DNA from: Dehalococcoidia bacterium
GTDB taxonomy: Bacteria; Chloroflexota; Dehalococcoidia; Dehalococcoidales; UBA1222
NCBI GenBank assembly: GCA_009783135.1
Contig: WRHS01000001.1
Coordinates: 1-45,360, forward strand
Direction of reading: 5' to 3'
DNA length: 45,360 bases
The stretch's first letter is position 1; every line of letters begins with the position of its first letter. The notes beneath the pieces are model-generated. The model saw nothing but the letters and a program-made list of their open reading frames with translations. It was not told the origin of the DNA and ran no database searches. This document shows positions 1 through 11,320 of the stretch, piece by piece. The position numbers and the translations under genes were made by a program.

Positions 1-177
1 TCCTACTTGCCTGAACGCTTGTATTCTATGAAGTTTCTCAAGCTGATTAGTCGTATAGAACCGATAGCCGGTGAATTTATCGGTTTCTTCGGGTTTTAAC
101 AGGTCTGTTTCATCATAATAGTGAAGCGTTTTTATTGTGGTTTTGCTCATCTTGGAAAAATCACCAATACGAAACAT
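1..177 (-). CDS. MerR-family transcriptional regulator, N-terminal HTH portion (3' end runs off the window)
   Basis: Absent from the ORF track because it is under 60 aa. Reverse-strand translation from the ATG at 177 gives MFRIGDFSKMSKTTIKTLHYYDETDLLKPEETDKFTGYRFYTTNQLEKLHRIQAFRQVG, a typical MerR winged-HTH N-terminus. AAGGAG lies 7 nt upstream. Confidence 0.8.
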   Translation of the reverse strand, partial: MFRIGDFSKMSKTTIKTLHYYDETDLLKPEETDKFTGYRFYTTNQLEKLHRIQAFRQVG

Positions 178-202
178 AAGAGCACTCCTTTCTTGTAAAC
201 TC

Positions 203-233
203 ATCCTACAATCTCCTGTAAGAGGAGAGTCAA
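203..233 (-). promoter_or_regulatory. MerR-type promoter: TTGACT, 19-nt spacer, TAGGAT, with a dyad operator in the spacer
   Basis: The minus strand reads TTGACTCTCCTCTTACAGGAGATTGTAGGAT. The spacer is 19 nt, over-long as in MerR-controlled promoters. It contains the dyad TCTCCT-N5-AGGAGA (212-228). Confidence 0.5.
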
Positions 234-432
234 TAGCCCACAAAATGAGGTGGGTATTATTAGTTAAATACGCATGCTGTCGGTTGAGTTGTGGGTATTG
301 CGAGAATTATTCGGTATGATGCAGTCGTAACTCTATGGCTTGTAATAAAGGGTAGCTTTGTCGCATGTTTTCGGTAACGTGTAGATAATTTGTGCGAGCA
401 TCAAAATGAATCATTAGGGTGAGGCAAAATGA

Positions 433-506
433 TGGAGGCGACGAGCGGATTTGAACCGCTGATGGAGGTTTTGCAGACCCCTGCCTTGCCACTTGGCTAC
501 GTCGCC
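433..506 (-). tRNA. tRNA-Cys (anticodon GCA)
   Basis: Reverse complement is GGCGACGTAGCCAAGTGGCAAGGCAGGGGTCTGCAAAACCTCCATCAGCGGTTCAAATCCGCTCGTCGCCTCCA. It folds as a cloverleaf with anticodon loop CTGCAAA, T-loop GTTCAAATC and an encoded CCA. Confidence 0.95.
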
Positions 507-672
507 GAACACATATGAAAGTGTCAATAGAATACTCTGCGCAGGCGTAAAAGTCAATGGAACTGTTCGTAGTGGTAATGAGCTTATAGCTAGGTTTGAA
601 CGCGACTTGGTTTCATACTGTGAAAACTGGATAATTATGCGACCAAGCCTTTGAGAGAAGAACCCTGCTGGG

Positions 673-747
<75 letters not shown>

Positions 748-758
748 AAAAAGGTTTT

Positions 759-846
759 TGGTGCCGAGAGAGAGATTTGAACTCTCACGAACGATAAAGT
801 TCACTAGCCCCTCAAGCTAGCGTGTCTGCCATTCCACCATCTCGGC
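759..846 (-). tRNA. tRNA-Leu (anticodon GAG), class II with long variable arm
   Basis: Reverse complement is GCCGAGATGGTGGAATGGCAGACACGCTAGCTTGAGGGGCTAGTGAACTTTATCGTTCGTGAGAGTTCAAATCTCTCTCTCGGCACCA. Anticodon stem is CTAGC/GCTAG with loop TTGAGGG. Confidence 0.95.
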
Positions 847-849
847 AGT

Positions 850-925
850 TGGCAGGAGTGGCAGGACTCGAACCCACGACCGGCGGTTTTGGAGACCGCT
901 GCTCTACCAACTGAGCTACACTCCT
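850..925 (-). tRNA. tRNA-Trp (anticodon CCA)
   Basis: Reverse complement is AGGAGTGTAGCTCAGTTGGTAGAGCAGCGGTCTCCAAAACCGCCGGTCGTGGGTTCGAGTCCTGCCACTCCTGCCA. Anticodon loop is CTCCAAA. Confidence 0.95.
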
Positions 926-1172
926 AGCTCAATCAAGAGTAGTGCCAAATTATTAAAAATGGCACCGTCCTGTAAGCAACAGCCAATATATTAATGGCAT
1001 TGCTACGTTTCTGTCAAGCGGTTTGGGATAAGAGGAAGCTGTTCGGATTAAGAAACATATTGGGCGCATGATGTTATGTCAAGCAGATAATACTTAAACT
1101 GATGTCTGTGGCATGTCTATACCTGATAGCTTTACAGAGAGATGGGTTTGATGCGTAATTGTCTAGCCTGCA

Positions 1173-1201
1173 TTGACAGCTTGGTAGTTGGTCAATAGAA
1201 T
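1173..1201 (+). promoter_or_regulatory. sigma70-type promoter for the M16 peptidase gene
   Basis: TTGACA (1173-1178), 17-nt spacer, TAGAAT (1196-1201). It ends 16 nt before the GTG start, which is preceded by AAAGAGG. Confidence 0.5.
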
Positions 1202-1216
1202 GAAACACAGAAAGAG

Positions 1217-2491
1217 GTGAAGAATTTGTATAACAAAACAACTTTAGATAATGGCTTGCGTGTAATTACCCAGCTAATGCCTCAAACCAAGTCGGTTTCC
1301 ATCTGTGTTTTTGTTTCTGTTGGCTCGCGCTTTGAGGCAAACTCCCAGGCAGGCATCTCACATTTTGTGGAACATATGCTTTTCCGTGGCACTGAACGCC
1401 GCCCGACATCTCGGGATATTTCTGAAGCTGTTGAAAGAGTAGGGGGAATTCTTAATGGCGGCACTGACCGTGAAACCACAGTGTATTGGTGCAAGGTTGC
1501 TTGTTCTCACTTGGCTTTGGCGATGGATGTGTTGAGTGATATGCTGTTAAATTCCAATCTCAATATTGACGATGTGGAAAAGGAACGGCAGGTCATTATC
1601 GAAGAAATCAACATGAACTACGACGACCCGTCTTCAAAGGTGGGTATCCTTATTGAAAAATTGCTCTGGCCGGGTGATCCGTTGGGGCGTGACATTGCCG
1701 GGACCAAGAAAACGGTTGGAGCCATCAGCCGTGACAATTTAGCAGGGTACATTCACAGACAGTACATTCCATCTGCAGCGGTTATATCCATCGCCGGCGG
1801 CGTGGAACACGCCGAAGTCGTAAAGGCCGTTAAGCGCTGTTTTGGAGGATGGAAAACCATGGAAGGCAACCAAGCACACAAGCCTTTTGTGGAACGCTCT
1901 GCTAAACGGGTGAAAATTGAAATGCGTGATATTGAGCAGACGCATATGTGTTTGGCTATTCCGGGGCTTTCGCTTTTTGATCCCCAACGTTTCACTTTTG
2001 ACATGCTGAATGTTGTGCTGGGCAGCGGTATGAGTAGCCGTTTGTTCAGCGAAGTGCGCGACAAACTTGGGCTGGCATACAGTGTGCAAAGCTATGTTGA
2101 TCATATGCAAGATACCGGCTCGTTGGTGGTCTATGCTGGTGTAGATAGTGCAAAGGCTGGGCAGGCGCTGGAGGCTATAATCAGGGAGTTACTGCGTTTC
2201 CGGGATGAAACGATTTCTTCAGGCGAACTAACAAAAGCAAAGGAAATGTCCAAGGGACAGCTGGTACTGCGCCTGGAAGACAGTCGTCATATGGCCGGAT
2301 GGCTTGGAGGACAAGAGGTCCGCGCAGGGCGCATTTTGACCATTGATGAAGTGTCCGCTATGGTTGATGCTGTAACCCCATTTGATATACAACAGGTGGC
2401 CAATCGCTTAATCAAACTCTCTTCTATGCGGCTGGCAGTGGTGGGTCCGCACAGGAAATCATCCGTATTGCACAAATTAGTCGCCGGATAA
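1217..2491 (+). CDS. M16 (pitrilysin/insulinase) family zinc peptidase
   Basis: 424-aa ORF with the inverted zinc motif HFVEHMLFRGT (HxxEH) near the N-terminus and the two-domain length typical of M16B. Confidence 0.9.
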   Translation: MKNLYNKTTLDNGLRVITQLMPQTKSVSICVFVSVGSRFEANSQAGISHFVEHMLFRGTERRPTSRDISEAVERVGGILNGGTDRETTVYWCKVACSHLALAMDVLSDMLLNSNLNIDDVEKERQVIIEEINMNYDDPSSKVGILIEKLLWPGDPLGRDIAGTKKTVGAISRDNLAGYIHRQYIPSAAVISIAGGVEHAEVVKAVKRCFGGWKTMEGNQAHKPFVERSAKRVKIEMRDIEQTHMCLAIPGLSLFDPQRFTFDMLNVVLGSGMSSRLFSEVRDKLGLAYSVQSYVDHMQDTGSLVVYAGVDSAKAGQALEAIIRELLRFRDETISSGELTKAKEMSKGQLVLRLEDSRHMAGWLGGQEVRAGRILTIDEVSAMVDAVTPFDIQQVANRLIKLSSMRLAVVGPHRKSSVLHKLVAG

Positions 2492-2539
2492 TCTCGGAAG
2501 GTTATGTCACGCAAACGCCTGAAGCGTATGCTCATTTAG

Positions 2540-2574
2540 AAAGGGGTTCGTGAAGATCTTCACGAACCCCTTTT
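2540..2574. terminator. Bidirectional intrinsic terminator between the convergent M16 peptidase and groEL genes
   Basis: Near-perfect palindrome AAAGGGGTTCGTGAAGA/TCTTCACGAACCCCTTTT, flanked by A and T runs on both sides. Confidence 0.75.
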
Positions 2575-2604
2575 ATCACGTATAAGACGTCTGCATCTAG
2601 GGTT

Positions 2605-4245
<1,641 letters not shown>

Positions 4246-4257
4246 TTATCTCCTTAA

Positions 4258-4551
4258 TTAATCTTTTTTGGCCAAGATGTCGCTTTCGCGCAGAATGATG
4301 TAATCATCGTCTTCGAGTTTAATGTCGGTGCCGCCGTATTTGGCATAGACAACGATATCTCCTACCTTGACATCCATGGGAATGCGCTCGCCTTTGTCGT
4401 TGCGTTTTCCTTCACCTACTGCGATAACCTCGCCCTCTTGGGGTTTTTCCTTGATGGTGTCAGGCAGCACAATACCGCCGCGGGAGACTTCTTCTCTGGC
4501 CGTAGGTTTGACCAGGATTCGCTCACCAAGTGGATGGATTTTAGGTGCCAT
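4258..4551 (-). CDS. groES: Co-chaperonin GroES (Cpn10)
   Basis: 97 aa. Contains [12 protein letters not shown]...GGIVLPDT...GEVIAVG and sits directly upstream of groEL. Confidence 0.97.
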   Translation of the reverse strand: MAPKIHPLGERILVKPTAREEVSRGGIVLPDTIKEKPQEGEVIAVGEGKRNDKGERIPMDVKVGDIVVYAKYGGTDIKLEDDDYIILRESDILAKKD

Positions 4552-4604
4552 GCTTAGTCCTCCTATTTTCTTTCGACTTTTTTTAGAATGATCCTAAAAA
4601 TATT

Positions 4605-4631
4605 TTAGCAATCTCGAGGCGAGACTGCTAA
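4605..4631 (-). promoter_or_regulatory. CIRCE-like operator (HrcA site) in the groES leader
   Basis: TTAGCAATC-N9-GACTGCTAA compared with the CIRCE consensus TTAGCACTC-N9-GAGTGCTAA. It lies 54 nt upstream of the groES start. Confidence 0.8.
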
Positions 4632-4635
4632 AAGA

Positions 4636-4664
4636 ATAATAGCTGAGATTGTTTATAGCGGCAA
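4636..4664 (-). promoter_or_regulatory. Candidate groESL promoter
   Basis: The minus strand reads TTGCCG, 17-nt spacer, TATTAT, ending 4 nt before the CIRCE element. Confidence 0.45.
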
Positions 4665-4745
4665 CTTATATTAGACGGATGGGAGGGAAAATAAAGGAAT
4701 ATACAGCAAATTATTGGCTAAAAACAGCATAAATTCTCCATTAAT

Positions 4746-5738
4746 CTAGCTGAGAGGCTGTTTTGCTAGTTGAAACCCCGGAATAACGTCTATGTCCATG
4801 CCGCTTGTCACTCCTGCCTGCAGGCGGAAATAGCCACATGCAGCTATCATCGCGGCGTTGTCAGTACATAGCACCGGCGGAGGTATTAGTACCGGCATTG
4901 GTGAATCTTGGCATAAGCGCTGGCGTAGCAGACGATTGGAGGCAACGCCGCCGGAAAGCAATATTTGACAGGCGCCGCATTCCATTGCGGCGGCTATGGT
5001 CTTGCTTACAAGTATGGACACGACAGCCTGCTGGAAACTGGCTGCGGCGTCATTGACATTGTCAATTTTGTTTTCTTCAACCATGCGGTAAAGGGCACTT
5101 TTGATGCCGCTGAAGCTAAAATTGTGAGTACCACTCATCCATGAGTATGGCAGTGCTAGACATGTTTTTCCTTGTTGTGCCGCGTTGTCAATGGCTGGTC
5201 CTCCGGGGTACCCAAGGCCCAGTATACGTGCTGCTTTGTCAAAGGCCTCGCCGGCAGCATCGTCAAGGGTATGCCCCAGCATGGTATAGTCTCCGTGCCT
5301 ACGCATATGAATAAGATCGGTATGCCCTCCAGAAACTATTAGACATAACAGCGGAAACTTTGGGGATGTTTCAGCCAGCCAGTTGGCATATATATGCCCC
5401 TCTAAGTGGTTTACACCTACCAGCCGAATACCTTTGGCATATGCGATAGATTTAGCTACGCTTACACCTACCAGTAGTGAGCCGGCCAATCCAGGGCCGT
5501 GGGTAACAGCAATAGCATCGATTTCATGCCAATCTGTCAAGGCTTTGACCATAGCTTGCTCAATGACAGGAATAATTGCCAAAAGATGCTGCCGTGAGGC
5601 GACCTCAGGTACCACGCCGCCATAGCGCGCATGGATATCCACCTGTGATGAAATTTCATTTGATAACATGCGTACGCCGTCTTCGACAACGGCGGCGGCA
5701 GTTTCGTCGCAAGAGCTCTCTATGCCAAGTATTTTCAT
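4746..5738 (-). CDS. tsaD: tRNA N6-adenosine threonylcarbamoyltransferase TsaD (Kae1/Gcp family)
   Basis: Starts [17 protein letters not shown] and contains HLEGH and SGGVASN motifs. I placed the start at the internal Met (5738) rather than the ORF-track start at 5756. Confidence 0.93.
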   Translation of the reverse strand: MKILGIESSCDETAAAVVEDGVRMLSNEISSQVDIHARYGGVVPEVASRQHLLAIIPVIEQAMVKALTDWHEIDAIAVTHGPGLAGSLLVGVSVAKSIAYAKGIRLVGVNHLEGHIYANWLAETSPKFPLLCLIVSGGHTDLIHMRRHGDYTMLGHTLDDAAGEAFDKAARILGLGYPGGPAIDNAAQQGKTCLALPYSWMSGTHNFSFSGIKSALYRMVEENKIDNVNDAAASFQQAVVSILVSKTIAAAMECGACQILLSGGVASNRLLRQRLCQDSPMPVLIPPPVLCTDNAAMIAACGYFRLQAGVTSGMDIDVIPGFQLAKQPLS

Positions 5739-5838
5739 GGCTGAATTATAACACAAGATTTACGTATAAAGTTCTGGCATTATTTGACGTCGTAAGTTTG
5801 CAATGATAGCATGTGCGCATGTTGGACAAAGGATAAAC

Positions 5839-6045
5839 ATGTCAGTCAGACGCAGAATAATTGCTATTTTAATAGCTCTGCTTTTTGCGGGGTTGGGGAT
5901 TGCGCTGATGCTGCAGCGTATCGGTGACGTAATCGGGTGGGATGACGCATCTAATGCATGGTGGGTCATTGCCATAATTTCCCTGTTCGTGCTGCTGGTG
6001 GCATTTTTGATTTACCGCACTGTCAGCAACAGAATGAGCCGTTGA
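5839..6045 (+). CDS. Small hypothetical two-TM membrane protein
   Basis: Starts MSVRRRIIAILIALLFAGLGIALM and has a second hydrophobic helix, WWVIAIISLFVLLVAFLIY. There is no recognisable family and the start is chosen by eye. Confidence 0.4.
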   Translation: MSVRRRIIAILIALLFAGLGIALMLQRIGDVIGWDDASNAWWVIAIISLFVLLVAFLIYRTVSNRMSR

Positions 6046-6097
6046 CATAATGTCAAGAGAGAGGGCCGCTCGTCTGGGGAGTTCCGCATAGTTATTC

Positions 6098-6126
6098 CGA
6101 CTGCGCTTGGGCACAGTCGTGTTTTG
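6098..6126 (+). terminator. Weak terminator-like hairpin after the small membrane ORF
   Basis: CGACTG, 10-nt loop, CAGTCG, followed by TGTTTT. The stem is short. Confidence 0.3.
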
Positions 6127-6152
6127 ACACCTCCCAAAGCCGATGTTATCAT
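6124..6152 (+). promoter_or_regulatory. sigma70-type promoter with extended -10 for the CNNM/CorC gene
   Basis: TTGACA (6124-6129), 17-nt spacer, TGtTATCAT (-10 at 6147-6152). It ends 42 nt upstream of the ATG at 6195. Confidence 0.55.
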
Positions 6153-6194
6153 GGGGCACAAGTCGCGTAGACTTTCCTGTCGAGGGTATCAACT

Positions 6195-7484
6195 ATGAAT
6201 GGTACGTACGTTATTTATGGCATTTTGCTCTTCATAAGTGTCATTTTAGCGGCATTTTTTTCCGCAACGGAAACGGCTTTTATGTCATTGGAAAAGTTCC
6301 GCTTGCAACGCATGCTGGAAGCGAATATGCGCGGTGCTTCCCGTGTCGCGCGTATAATGCAAAAACCTGAGCGCTTTTTGTCCACAATATTGCTTGGCAG
6401 TAATCTTGTTAATACCGCAGCGGCAGCTTTAGCTACTACTTTGGCTCTTTCCATACGTGATGACAGCGCAAGCGTGGCTATAGCAACAATTATTGTAACA
6501 GCGGTGTTGCTTGTTTTCGGCGACGTGGGGCCCAAGACATTCGGTGGTAGCTATCGCGAGAAAATAACACTTGTCTTTGCGCGTCCGGTCGAGGCTATTT
6601 TATGGCTTCTTACGCCATTTGCTGTTGTGCTGAGTTGGATAGCTGTGGCGTTTACGCGCCTGATGGGCGGCAAACCAATGAAAACCATGGTGGAGCCGGA
6701 AGACATAGAGAGCATGATAACAGTAGGACATAATGAAGGGACAGTCGAAAAATGTGAAGCCGAGATGCTGCATAATGTTTTTGGCTTTGGAGATCGTCCC
6801 GTACGCGAAGTAATAGTGCCGCGTCCCGAGGTGGTGGCTGTAGAAAAAGGGACTCTTCTATCTGAATTTCTGACTGTGTATTCCACGTCTCCCAGGTCGC
6901 GTTACCCGGTTTACGAGGACAGTATGGACAATGTCATCGGTATACTATCGATTAAAGACGTCATCATGTCTATGGCCCGCGATAGTATTTCAAAAGAAAG
7001 TGTTGTTGACGACTTGGTGCGTCCTGCCTACTTTGCTCCCGAAAGCAAACGCATTGGCGACTTATTCCAGGAGATGCGTGACAAGAACTCCCATATGAGT
7101 ATTATTGTTGATGAGTATGGTGGCACGGCCGGTATTGTCAGCCTGAGCCGGCTGATGGAGGAAATATTCGGTCCAGTCGGGGATGATTTATCGGCAGCCG
7201 AAAAAGAGTTTGAATCCATCAATGAGAATACATTTCAGGTGGACGGCGGCATGCGTATAGATGAGGCCAATGATGAAATCGCTCTTGGCCTGCCGGAGGG
7301 CGATTATGAAACGGTAGCCGGATTTATCCTGCATCTTATAGGGCGTATTCCCAAGCGGGGGCAGCAGATTAAGTACAATGACTTAAAGATTGTGGTTACC
7401 AAGATGAAAGGTCTCAAAATCGAAGAAGTGTTAATTACACGGGACAAGGCACCGAAGGATGAATCGTCTAAGAATACGCTTTAA
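6195..7484 (+). CDS. CNNM / HlyC-CorC family transporter (DUF21 membrane domain, CBS pair, CorC_HlyC C-terminal domain)
   Basis: 429 aa. The N-terminal TM region carries the SATETAF motif, followed by a CBS-pair region and then a C-terminal region (FQVDGGMRIDEAN...ETVAGFIL) typical of CorC/TlyC. Confidence 0.9.
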   Translation: MNGTYVIYGILLFISVILAAFFSATETAFMSLEKFRLQRMLEANMRGASRVARIMQKPERFLSTILLGSNLVNTAAAALATTLALSIRDDSASVAIATIIVTAVLLVFGDVGPKTFGGSYREKITLVFARPVEAILWLLTPFAVVLSWIAVAFTRLMGGKPMKTMVEPEDIESMITVGHNEGTVEKCEAEMLHNVFGFGDRPVREVIVPRPEVVAVEKGTLLSEFLTVYSTSPRSRYPVYEDSMDNVIGILSIKDVIMSMARDSISKESVVDDLVRPAYFAPESKRIGDLFQEMRDKNSHMSIIVDEYGGTAGIVSLSRLMEEIFGPVGDDLSAAEKEFESINENTFQVDGGMRIDEANDEIALGLPEGDYETVAGFILHLIGRIPKRGQQIKYNDLKIVVTKMKGLKIEEVLITRDKAPKDESSKNTL

Positions 7485-8091
7485 GCGCGGAGAAGAGATT
7501 AAGTACATTTCCCATTTGGATTTGATCAGGGTGTGGCATCGTGCTTTCTGGCGTGCCGGAGTCGATTTGGCTTATAGCGAAGGCTTCAATCCTCATCCGC
7601 GCATGTCGCTGGCTGCCCCGCTTGCGTTGGGTGTTACCGGATTAGGTGAATTGATGGATGTCTATACTGTCCAGCCTATATCCGGATATGCTTTAGCCTG
7701 CATGCTGGCGTCTCAGTTGCCAGCTGGGCTTGAAATTGAGCAAGTGGTTTCTGTTCCGCCGGAATCGCCCACATTGCAATCACAGATAAGGTTTGCTGAA
7801 TATAAAGTGCAGGTAGCAGCCGCGGACGTGTCTGTTGTACAGCAAGGCATTGACAATTTGCTTGCCAGTGAAAGTTTGCCTTGGGAGCATCGGCGTGATG
7901 ATTGCGTAAAGACGTATGACTTACGCCCACTAGTTGATGGATTGCACTTGATTGCTTTTAAAGAGGGCGTGGCGACACTGGGTATGAAACTACGCTGTGA
8001 CAGCAGTGGTGCCGGACGCCCGGAGCAGGTGGTGCGAGCCCTTGGACTTAATGCTCCCCTTTCAATGCAACGCACGCGCCTTCTTTTGTAG
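7459..8091 (+). CDS. DUF2344 / TIGR03936-family protein (radical-SAM-linked family)
   Basis: Starts RIRFKRGEEIKYISHLDLIRVWHRAFWRAGVDLAYSEGFNPHPRMSLAAPLALGV, which matches my recollection of this family. It overlaps the CorC gene by 26 nt. No radical SAM partner is present in the window. Confidence 0.75.
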   Translation: MNRLRIRFKRGEEIKYISHLDLIRVWHRAFWRAGVDLAYSEGFNPHPRMSLAAPLALGVTGLGELMDVYTVQPISGYALACMLASQLPAGLEIEQVVSVPPESPTLQSQIRFAEYKVQVAAADVSVVQQGIDNLLASESLPWEHRRDDCVKTYDLRPLVDGLHLIAFKEGVATLGMKLRCDSSGAGRPEQVVRALGLNAPLSMQRTRLLL

Positions 8092-8214
8092 ACCTAAGGT
8101 AAAGCGCTTTTATCCTGCCGCCATTGGTAACGCATTTTGCATCTGTTTTTGATGTAATGCATAGCTAAAATTTAGCCCTGCGCCCCTTTAACATCCTGCT
8201 ATAATAGAGTTGTT

Positions 8215-9618
8215 ATGTCTGGTAATCTGTGTCAAAGAATAGAGGCGTTCTTTCGAGGTAATAACCTGTTGGACAGCCGTTTGATAGTGGCTGTTTCCGG
8301 TGGGGCGGACTCGGTATGCCTGTTGCACGCATTGGCTACTTTAAAGAACGAACTGGGATTGGGATTGTACGTAGCCCATCTTGACCATATGTTGCGTGGG
8401 GAAGAATCGCAAGCCGATGCCGAATATGTTGAGACCTTGACATCCAAGATGATGTTATCCATAGACATCGGACATGTCGATGTCCAGTCATTGCGATGCA
8501 GGCATAAGATGACTTTGGAGGAAGCTGCACGGGAAGCACGATATGGTTTTCTGGCGCAGACGGCGGATAAATACGTTACGGACATAATTGTTACAGGGCA
8601 TACTCAAAATGATCAGATTGAAACCATACTTCTGCATATTATTCGTGGTTGTGGAGTACGAGGACTTGTCGGGTTGCAGCCGATAGTCTCCCGAACTATT
8701 GGAAAACGGCAGGTAAAAATCATCCGCCCATTGCTTAACATAACAAAGAATGAAACACAGGAGTATTGTGAGCGCCATAACCTGTTGCCAAGGCTTGACA
8801 GGTCAAACTTAGATCCGGTGCCTATGCGCAACAGAATGCGCCTGCAACTATTGCCTTTATTGGAGATGCAAGACAGTAATGTTTCAGAGGAGATTTTGCG
8901 GTTGTCATCTGCTGCAAAAGGTGAATTGGCTTGTTTGGATAATCAGACGTCGCAACTCATGCAGCGAGCCACGACAATTCAAAATAACGTTATTATCTTT
9001 GACAGGCTCGCTTTGATCAACGCCGGTCCTGCGGCGTTGGGACATCTTTTGCGTGGTTGTCTGGAGAGGCTTCTTGGCGATTTACATGACATAGAATCCA
9101 TCCATATTGATGGCATGCTCTCGCTAATGCAGAAACCTGCCGGGCGGCAGATGAGTTTACCACACGGATTACTTTTCCTGACGGGATATGATAGTTACCG
9201 GTTGGGCAAAGAGGAGGATTTGTCATGCCCATTTCCGCCGCTGGAGAACAAGTACAGGTTGGGTATACCCGGAGAGGTTTCATTCCCCGGTTGGCAGGCG
9301 GAGGTGACTATTGTCCAGACTATGGATAGGGCTGATGATCCTATGGTGGCGTATATGGATTTGGATGCGACTGGGGAGGAACTGTGGGTTAGATGTTGGC
9401 AGGAGGGCGATTTTTTTCAACCGCTTGGGTTGGGCAGTATAAAGAAGTTGGGAAGGTATATGATTGATGCCCGTATCCCGAAGCTGTGGCGCAAAAAAAT
9501 CCCGCTGGTAATGTCGCCTGTTGGGATTGTGTGGTTGGTGGGATATCGTCTGGACGACCGAGCCAAAGTTACATCGCAAACAAAGCGCATCTTGCGCCTG
9601 AAATTTCAGCGGATATAG
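8215..9618 (+). CDS. tilS: tRNA(Ile)-lysidine synthase
   Basis: PP-loop motif VAVSGGADSVCL, followed by HLDHMLRGEES. The 467-aa length is consistent with a long-form TilS carrying a C-terminal domain. Confidence 0.9.
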   Translation: MSGNLCQRIEAFFRGNNLLDSRLIVAVSGGADSVCLLHALATLKNELGLGLYVAHLDHMLRGEESQADAEYVETLTSKMMLSIDIGHVDVQSLRCRHKMTLEEAAREARYGFLAQTADKYVTDIIVTGHTQNDQIETILLHIIRGCGVRGLVGLQPIVSRTIGKRQVKIIRPLLNITKNETQEYCERHNLLPRLDRSNLDPVPMRNRMRLQLLPLLEMQDSNVSEEILRLSSAAKGELACLDNQTSQLMQRATTIQNNVIIFDRLALINAGPAALGHLLRGCLERLLGDLHDIESIHIDGMLSLMQKPAGRQMSLPHGLLFLTGYDSYRLGKEEDLSCPFPPLENKYRLGIPGEVSFPGWQAEVTIVQTMDRADDPMVAYMDLDATGEELWVRCWQEGDFFQPLGLGSIKKLGRYMIDARIPKLWRKKIPLVMSPVGIVWLVGYRLDDRAKVTSQTKRILRLKFQRI

Positions 9619-9766
9619 CGCAGGTGCATTTCTGCGTCGAAAAAACCGGACGGGCGTTTTGGGAAATGCTTCCGGCAGTTAGTGATTGGAAATAACCAGA
9701 GTTTGCGCACAATTACTTAGAATAAGCTTACAGTTGCCCAGCCACGGATAAAAACGCTTATTGGGT

Positions 9767-11299
9767 TTAGTGCAAGAAGTGGCGGATACCTGTGAAAACC
9801 ATGGCTATATTATGTTCATCGGCAGCTTTAATGCAGTCTTCGTCGCGGATTGAGCCGCCTGGCTGGATGATAGCGCTAATGCCGCCATCAGCTGCCTGTA
9901 CTATGCCGTCAGCGAATGGGAAGAAAGCATCGGATGCCAGTACGGCACCTTTTGATTTTTCGCCGGCTTTGATTTTGGACAGGAATACGCTCACGGCACG
10001 GTTGGGTTGCCCGCATCCCATACCCAAAAGGGTTCTATCTTTTACCAGCACGATGGCATTGCTTTTGATATGCTTGGCGGCACGCCATGCAAATCGCAAA
10101 TCTTCAACCTCGGCAGCGCTTGGAGCGCGTTTGGTGACAGTTTTTAACTCAAGATGATCTTCGCTCAGTGTGTCTGCTTGCTGTACCAGCATACCGCCAC
10201 GCACACGGCGGTAACTCATGTAGTCTTTCGAGTCGGCGTTGTTTGGTGTTACCTGCATGATGCGCAAGTTCTTTTTCTTCTGTAGTTCGGACAAAGCATC
10301 GTCGTCAAAGCCTGGGGCGATGACGATTTCATAGAATGTGGGCTCCATTTCCCTAGCCATCTTGAGGTTTATTGTGCTATTGCATGCTACGATACCGCCA
10401 TATGCCGAAACAGTATCACCGCTGAAAGCCCTGCGGTAGGCTTCATCAATGTCACAGTGGCTTGCCAAGCCGCACGGATTTGTATGTTTGATGATGGCAA
10501 CAGTGGGGTCCGCAAAATCCGATGCTGCAGCCCAAGCGGCTTCGGCATCCAGAATATTGTTGTAAGAAAGTTCTTTTCCCCAAAGCTGTTTAGCCCATGT
10601 GATTCCGCTGTCGCATTTGGCTACGTTCTGCTCGGCATAAAAGGCAGCTTTTTGGTGCGGGTTCTCCCCATAGCGCAGGTCGTATCGTTTTTTGAGTGAG
10701 ATGGTTAAGAAGTCTGGAAAACCTGTCATGTCTTGGTGTAAATACTGGGATATGGCGGTGTCATAGGCTGCCACATGCTGGAATGCCTTTTGCGCCAAAC
10801 GCTTGCGCTCCGTTAAGTCCACACCACCATTCTTCAGCATAGACAATACCGGCTCATAATCTGACGGGTCCACTATCACAATAACGCTGGGGAAGTTTTT
10901 GGCTGATGCCCGTATCATCGTAGGACCGCCGATATCAATATTTTCCAAGGCTTCCTGTAGGGAAACCCCATCCTTGGACACGGTCTGGACAAATGGATAG
11001 AGATTAACTGCCACCAAATCAATAGGAGAGATATTATTTTTGGACAACTCAGCCATATGTGCCGGAAGGTCACGCCGTGCCAACAGCCCGCCGTGCACCG
11101 CCGGATGCAGCGTTTTGACGCGCCCGTCAAGTATCTCAGGGAAATTGGTGACGTCGGATATTCCGTGAATAAGCACGCCTGCCTCAGCCAGAGATTTCTT
11201 TGTGCCGCCGGTGCTGAATAACTCAAATCCCAGCGCTTCCAGCCCCTTGGCGAAATTCGTGACGTTGCTTTTATCTGAAACACTGATAATGGCTCTCAT
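9767..11299 (-). CDS. purH: Bifunctional AICAR transformylase / IMP cyclohydrolase
   Basis: 510 aa. Starts MRAIISVSDK (MGS-like domain) and contains RVKTLHP and GGIVA. The C-terminus ends in the family-typical FTGIRHFLH. Confidence 0.97.
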   Translation of the reverse strand: MRAIISVSDKSNVTNFAKGLEALGFELFSTGGTKKSLAEAGVLIHGISDVTNFPEILDGRVKTLHPAVHGGLLARRDLPAHMAELSKNNISPIDLVAVNLYPFVQTVSKDGVSLQEALENIDIGGPTMIRASAKNFPSVIVIVDPSDYEPVLSMLKNGGVDLTERKRLAQKAFQHVAAYDTAISQYLHQDMTGFPDFLTISLKKRYDLRYGENPHQKAAFYAEQNVAKCDSGITWAKQLWGKELSYNNILDAEAAWAAASDFADPTVAIIKHTNPCGLASHCDIDEAYRRAFSGDTVSAYGGIVACNSTINLKMAREMEPTFYEIVIAPGFDDDALSELQKKKNLRIMQVTPNNADSKDYMSYRRVRGGMLVQQADTLSEDHLELKTVTKRAPSAAEVEDLRFAWRAAKHIKSNAIVLVKDRTLLGMGCGQPNRAVSVFLSKIKAGEKSKGAVLASDAFFPFADGIVQAADGGISAIIQPGGSIRDEDCIKAADEHNIAMVFTGIRHFLH

Positions 11300-11320
11300 G
11301 CTGCTCTCCTTGCTAATTTT

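Noticed and set aside
6046-6194. Possible metal riboswitch (M-box or yybP-ykoY-like; the GGGGAGU string) upstream of the CNNM/CorC transporter.
   Set aside because: A good promoter (TTGACA, 17-nt spacer, TGtTATCAT) lies at 6124-6152, leaving only a ~40-nt leader. The GGGGAGU string lies upstream of that promoter. I could not find the other conserved riboswitch segments.
8200-8217. A TATAAT box only 9 nt upstream of the tilS ATG, raising the possibility of a leaderless mRNA.
   Set aside because: There is no acceptable -35 or extended -10 element. tilS may instead be co-transcribed from upstream, so the evidence is too thin to report as a feature.
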